Source: a virus. Taken from it: 64,000 nucleotides of DNA. The notes beneath the pieces were generated by a model. The model ran no database searches. It was not told where the DNA came from and saw nothing but the letters and a program-made list of their open reading frames with translations. Numbering within the stretch: position 1 is the first letter of the stretch; every line of letters starts with the position of its first letter. Below, piece by piece: positions 61,393-64,000 of the stretch. Where the stretch lies: the IMG/VR virus record IMGVR_UViG_3300045988_150584, one strand, 5' to 3'. The translations under genes and the position numbers were made by a program.

Positions 61393-63480
61393 TTAGACGC
61401 GGAAAGCGGGGGCGAGGCCATAGGAAAACCAGGCGTCGGTGAAGCCCGCGTCGCCGTTCGAGTACACACTGCAGAAGTAGAGGCCGCTGCTGTAGTACGG
61501 AGAACGCTCCCACCAATTCGCAGTGGAAGAAGTAGAGTTATGGCGATACTTGATCTTAGAATTACCAGCCTTATAGTAATCGTACTGTTTCTGATAATTC
61601 TTTTCTGCACTATTTGCATAAGAGCGAGAGCCAAAGATCTCAAACTCCGCCAACAAAGGCAGATAATCTACAGACTTTGTAACATACGAAGCAGTATCAG
61701 AACCGCCAGCAGTATTGTCCGTATAAATCGTCATCGGTTTCATAACCGCACGAAGCGCGGATGGCAATGCAGCCATTAGCGTATTTGCAACAGGGCTTGT
61801 AGCACAAGTAGATGTTGCATCATTACCCTTACGACCAGAAGAAACCGCGCTACCATATCCGCTTGGAGCAACATTTGTACTGCCAAGAACATCATAACGT
61901 AGGTCGCATCCAGCCCATCCACCATAGTTATAGTTACCCCAATGGTTCATGTTGAAATACTTTGAACCATTCGTCGAATAACTATTGTAGTTGCCATCGG
62001 TAAGACACAAATCACTTCCGCCAGAAGCCGCAGACTTGAATCCACCAAAGTCAATGGTGTTCGATGCGCCATTGTGAGCAAATCCAAGAATATATACATA
62101 GTAAGTAGCATTCACTGCCAATGTACCGACTGTACCATTGACTAAAACGCCCTTACGATCACCGACGTCGAAATAGTCATCACCTTTACCAGCAGCGGAA
62201 ATCTGAGCAATTTGTTCCCATGTGTATGTGTCAAGCGCATTACCCATTGGGGGCATAAACGACGCGATAACATCAACTGTCTTGTTAGAAGGGGCTGTAT
62301 AGTTCGTACCAGCACCGCAAGAAACAGTGATTGTAGTGTTACCTGTGGTCTGATTGACATGAGAAACCGTAGCGGTATTTCCGCTTAGACTAACGGTCGC
62401 AATAGATGTATTGTTAGATTTAACCGACAATGTTCCATCGTGATTACCGCCAATCGTGAATGTGGTAGTCAGATTATCTTTATCCACTGTAACGCTTGTC
62501 TTGCTTACAGTCAGCGTACCAGTTGCCTTACCGATCTTCCACGAAACAGTCTTTGCTGTAGTCGTACCGTCAGACCAGCAATAATCCGACTTTGGCGTAA
62601 ATGTGGCATTGTATGTGCCGGCATTTGTTCCGGATGTCGTTCCGCCAATCGTCATCTTGGATGTGTCATAGTTACTCCAAGACGGAGACTGAGAGTTTTT
62701 ATTATATGTCAGCGTACCACTCTGGCTTGGAACAGTCGAAATCGTCAAACGATTTGGAACTCCGGTTATTCTATTACTTGTGTTTACATTAACTGCACCA
62801 TCCGTAGAGATGGGGAAGAATGAAATGTAATAGGTTGTTCCGTTAGTTAGGCCGGTAACAGTAAGTGCAGAATTCGCATACTGATTGCGAGTGGTCACAT
62901 TTAAGCTATAAGCCGCAGCGCTATCATCTGGAGAAGTTGCATAGCTTCCAGCCTTAACGACAATCTTTGTGCTTGCCCATGTCGCAAGTGTCACGCCGTC
63001 CGAAACTACGGTCGCGGCTGGATCAGTCCACTTGATTGCAAGCTTTCCATTACCAGCAGCAACAGCGCTTGCGCCAGAAATATTACCAACATTTACAGCA
63101 GCAGGAGTAACATTGAATTCGTCATCCGTACTGTCCGTATATGTACCAGTGGTAGTGTATGGGAACAGCTTATAGTAATACTTCACGCCGTTAGTCAATC
63201 CACTATCACAGAAATAGGCAGATTTATATTGATCTCGCGTCTTGCTGTCGAGAACGATTGTGCCATCTCTACGACTTGTCGGAGCAGAACCAGCCTTACG
63301 AACAAGGAGTGTTCCTCCCCATGCGGCAAGAGTAGAGCCAGCAACGACCATATCATCAGGATCAGTCCATTTTACATAGACCTTCCCAGCCGCCGCGAGC
63401 GTTGTAATTCCCGTAACAGCGGCAAGGGCAAGTCCGCCGCCAGATCCGCCGCCAGTTGGGAAATTAGAAATAATAGGCAT
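61393..63480 (-). CDS. DGR target protein: fibre/receptor-binding protein with repeated beta-domains and C-terminal variable lectin-like domain
   Basis: ORF track 695 aa; C-terminus NWWERSPYYSSGLYFCSVYSNGDAGFTDAWFSYGLAPAFRV is encoded by the VR. Confidence 0.85.
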   Translation of the reverse strand: MPIISNFPTGGGSGGGLALAAVTGITTLAAAGKVYVKWTDPDDMVVAGSTLAAWGGTLLVRKAGSAPTSRRDGTIVLDSKTRDQYKSAYFCDSGLTNGVKYYYKLFPYTTTGTYTDSTDDEFNVTPAAVNVGNISGASAVAAGNGKLAIKWTDPAATVVSDGVTLATWASTKIVVKAGSYATSPDDSAAAYSLNVTTRNQYANSALTVTGLTNGTTYYISFFPISTDGAVNVNTSNRITGVPNRLTISTVPSQSGTLTYNKNSQSPSWSNYDTSKMTIGGTTSGTNAGTYNATFTPKSDYCWSDGTTTAKTVSWKIGKATGTLTVSKTSVTVDKDNLTTTFTIGGNHDGTLSVKSNNTSIATVSLSGNTATVSHVNQTTGNTTITVSCGAGTNYTAPSNKTVDVIASFMPPMGNALDTYTWEQIAQISAAGKGDDYFDVGDRKGVLVNGTVGTLAVNATYYVYILGFAHNGASNTIDFGGFKSAASGGSDLCLTDGNYNSYSTNGSKYFNMNHWGNYNYGGWAGCDLRYDVLGSTNVAPSGYGSAVSSGRKGNDATSTCATSPVANTLMAALPSALRAVMKPMTIYTDNTAGGSDTASYVTKSVDYLPLLAEFEIFGSRSYANSAEKNYQKQYDYYKAGNSKIKYRHNSTSSTANWWERSPYYSSGLYFCSVYSNGDAGFTDAWFSYGLAPAFRV
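61402..61527 (-). repeat. DGR variable repeat (VR)
   Basis: 21 mismatches to TR, all where TR has A on the coding strand (T as printed). GC-rich CCTCGCCCCCG at the 3' end resembles an IMH. Confidence 0.9.
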
Positions 63481-63493
63481 ATTGATTCCTCCA

Positions 63494-63898
63494 TTAACCT
63501 AAGAGAATAATTACAACGGGAATGTCTTGTTCTGGCAGTTCACCATCAGCTACGATTTGTAGCTTTCCGTTTTCCTGACCGGTGATGGAGAGCAACGCTT
63601 CTCGCGCAATTTCCCGTTGCTCGGCAGTCGCACTATGCGCCACCGAAATAGTTCCGTTTTGCGCAGCACCAAGCCCCTCAATAGAGAGTTCTTGTGTGAA
63701 AGGAGCATCTACGCCTACCCATGCGGAAACCAGCAATGTTGCCGTAGCTGAAGTGCTTTTGTCTGCTTTCTCGCCAAGAGCGGTGTCAATTTTCACCATA
63801 TTGGATTGCCCAGAACCATTCATTTTCTGTCTCCATGTTTTGAACTTAGCAGACGCATCATCTTCCAAATAAAGCCCGTAGTTAGTTGTTTCGCTCAT
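63494..63898 (-). CDS. hypothetical structural protein
   Basis: ORF track 134 aa; C-terminus ...DIPVVIILLG. Confidence 0.6.
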   Translation of the reverse strand: MSETTNYGLYLEDDASAKFKTWRQKMNGSGQSNMVKIDTALGEKADKSTSATATLLVSAWVGVDAPFTQELSIEGLGAAQNGTISVAHSATAEQREIAREALLSITGQENGKLQIVADGELPEQDIPVVIILLG

Positions 63899-63916
63899 CC
63901 GTCAACACCGCCTTTC

Positions 63917-64000
63917 TTAACTCAGCAAAATAATGACGGTTGGAATATCGCAGGTGGGTACAGTGCCATCCGCAGCGATTGTGATAGTTCCATCGGCCTG
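63917..64000 (-). CDS. C-terminal end of a paralogue of 63494..63898 (5' end outside window)
   Basis: Hand translation ...QADGTITIAADGTVPTCDIPTVIILLS stop; parallels ...QIVADGELPEQDIPVVIILLG. Confidence 0.5.
   Translation of the reverse strand, partial: QADGTITIAADGTVPTCDIPTVIILLS

Larger units (their letters stand above)
59225..63480 (-). mobile_element. Diversity-generating retroelement cassette: target(VR)-avd-TR-RT
   Basis: 126-bp TR/VR pair differing only at TR adenines, flanked by Avd-like and RT genes. Confidence 0.9.
1..64000. mobile_element. Segment of a temperate tailed-phage genome (early, replication and accessory genes on + strand; lysis, DGR and fibre genes on - strand)
   Basis: Gene content from ORF track: cI/ImmA switch, ERF, SSB, primase-helicase, Pol III alpha, NrdDG, ThyX, dUTPase, large serine recombinase, endolysin, DGR-diversified fibre. 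GGAGG RBSs and sigma-A-like promoters. Confidence 0.85.

Noticed and set aside
1-64000. Stop-codon reassignment (TAG or TGA recoding) and CRISPR arrays
   Set aside because: The long genes are uninterrupted under the standard code. The only broken genes break by frame, not by in-frame stops. No repeat-spacer arrays were seen.

Overview
The window reads as about 64 kb of a temperate tailed-phage genome. GGAGG ribosome-binding sites and TTGACA-17-TATAAT promoters point to a Firmicutes-type host.

Plus strand, 1 to 54.3 kb:
- an N6-methylase/SNF2-helicase fusion
- an XRE/ImmA immunity switch with face-to-face promoters
- an SPFH module
- a dense tRNA and tRNA-like RNA array (8.9-10.6 kb), followed by a DUF2828/vWA (Ro-like architecture) protein
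- two radical-SAM enzymes, an HNH nuclease and a three-gene paralogue family
- an RNA-repair set: RNA ligase, RlaP-type nucleotidyltransferase and PNK-HD
- a DNA-modification island (23.8-29.1 kb) with two PAPS-reductase-like genes, an adenine methylase and a multi-TRD C5-cytosine methylase locus
- a replication module: ERF, SSB, Cas4-like nuclease, primase-helicase and Pol III alpha
- nucleotide metabolism genes: ThyX, dNMP kinase, NT5C, NrdDG and dUTPase
- two further methylases
- accessory genes: SLOG, macro domain and two metallophosphoesterases
- a large serine recombinase

Minus strand, 54.9 to 64 kb: lysis genes, then a complete diversity-generating retroelement (target fibre gene with VR, avd, TR, RT).

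Most unusual observations:
1. Only two of eight tRNA-shaped genes are canonical. One becomes a perfect tRNA-Asn after removing a 42-nt insert inside the anticodon stem. Two others carry 45- and 50-nt loops that share a CGCTAACAGC motif.
2. Twelve G/C homopolymers of 7-9 nt lie in plus-strand genes. Eight are in the DNA-modification island, and at least five sit exactly at a reading-frame switch.
3. The C5-methylase locus has motif I placed after motif X, plus extra out-of-frame TRD cassettes.
4. Two recurrent intergenic sequence motifs.

Everything was folded and translated by hand. No database or covariance-model search was run.
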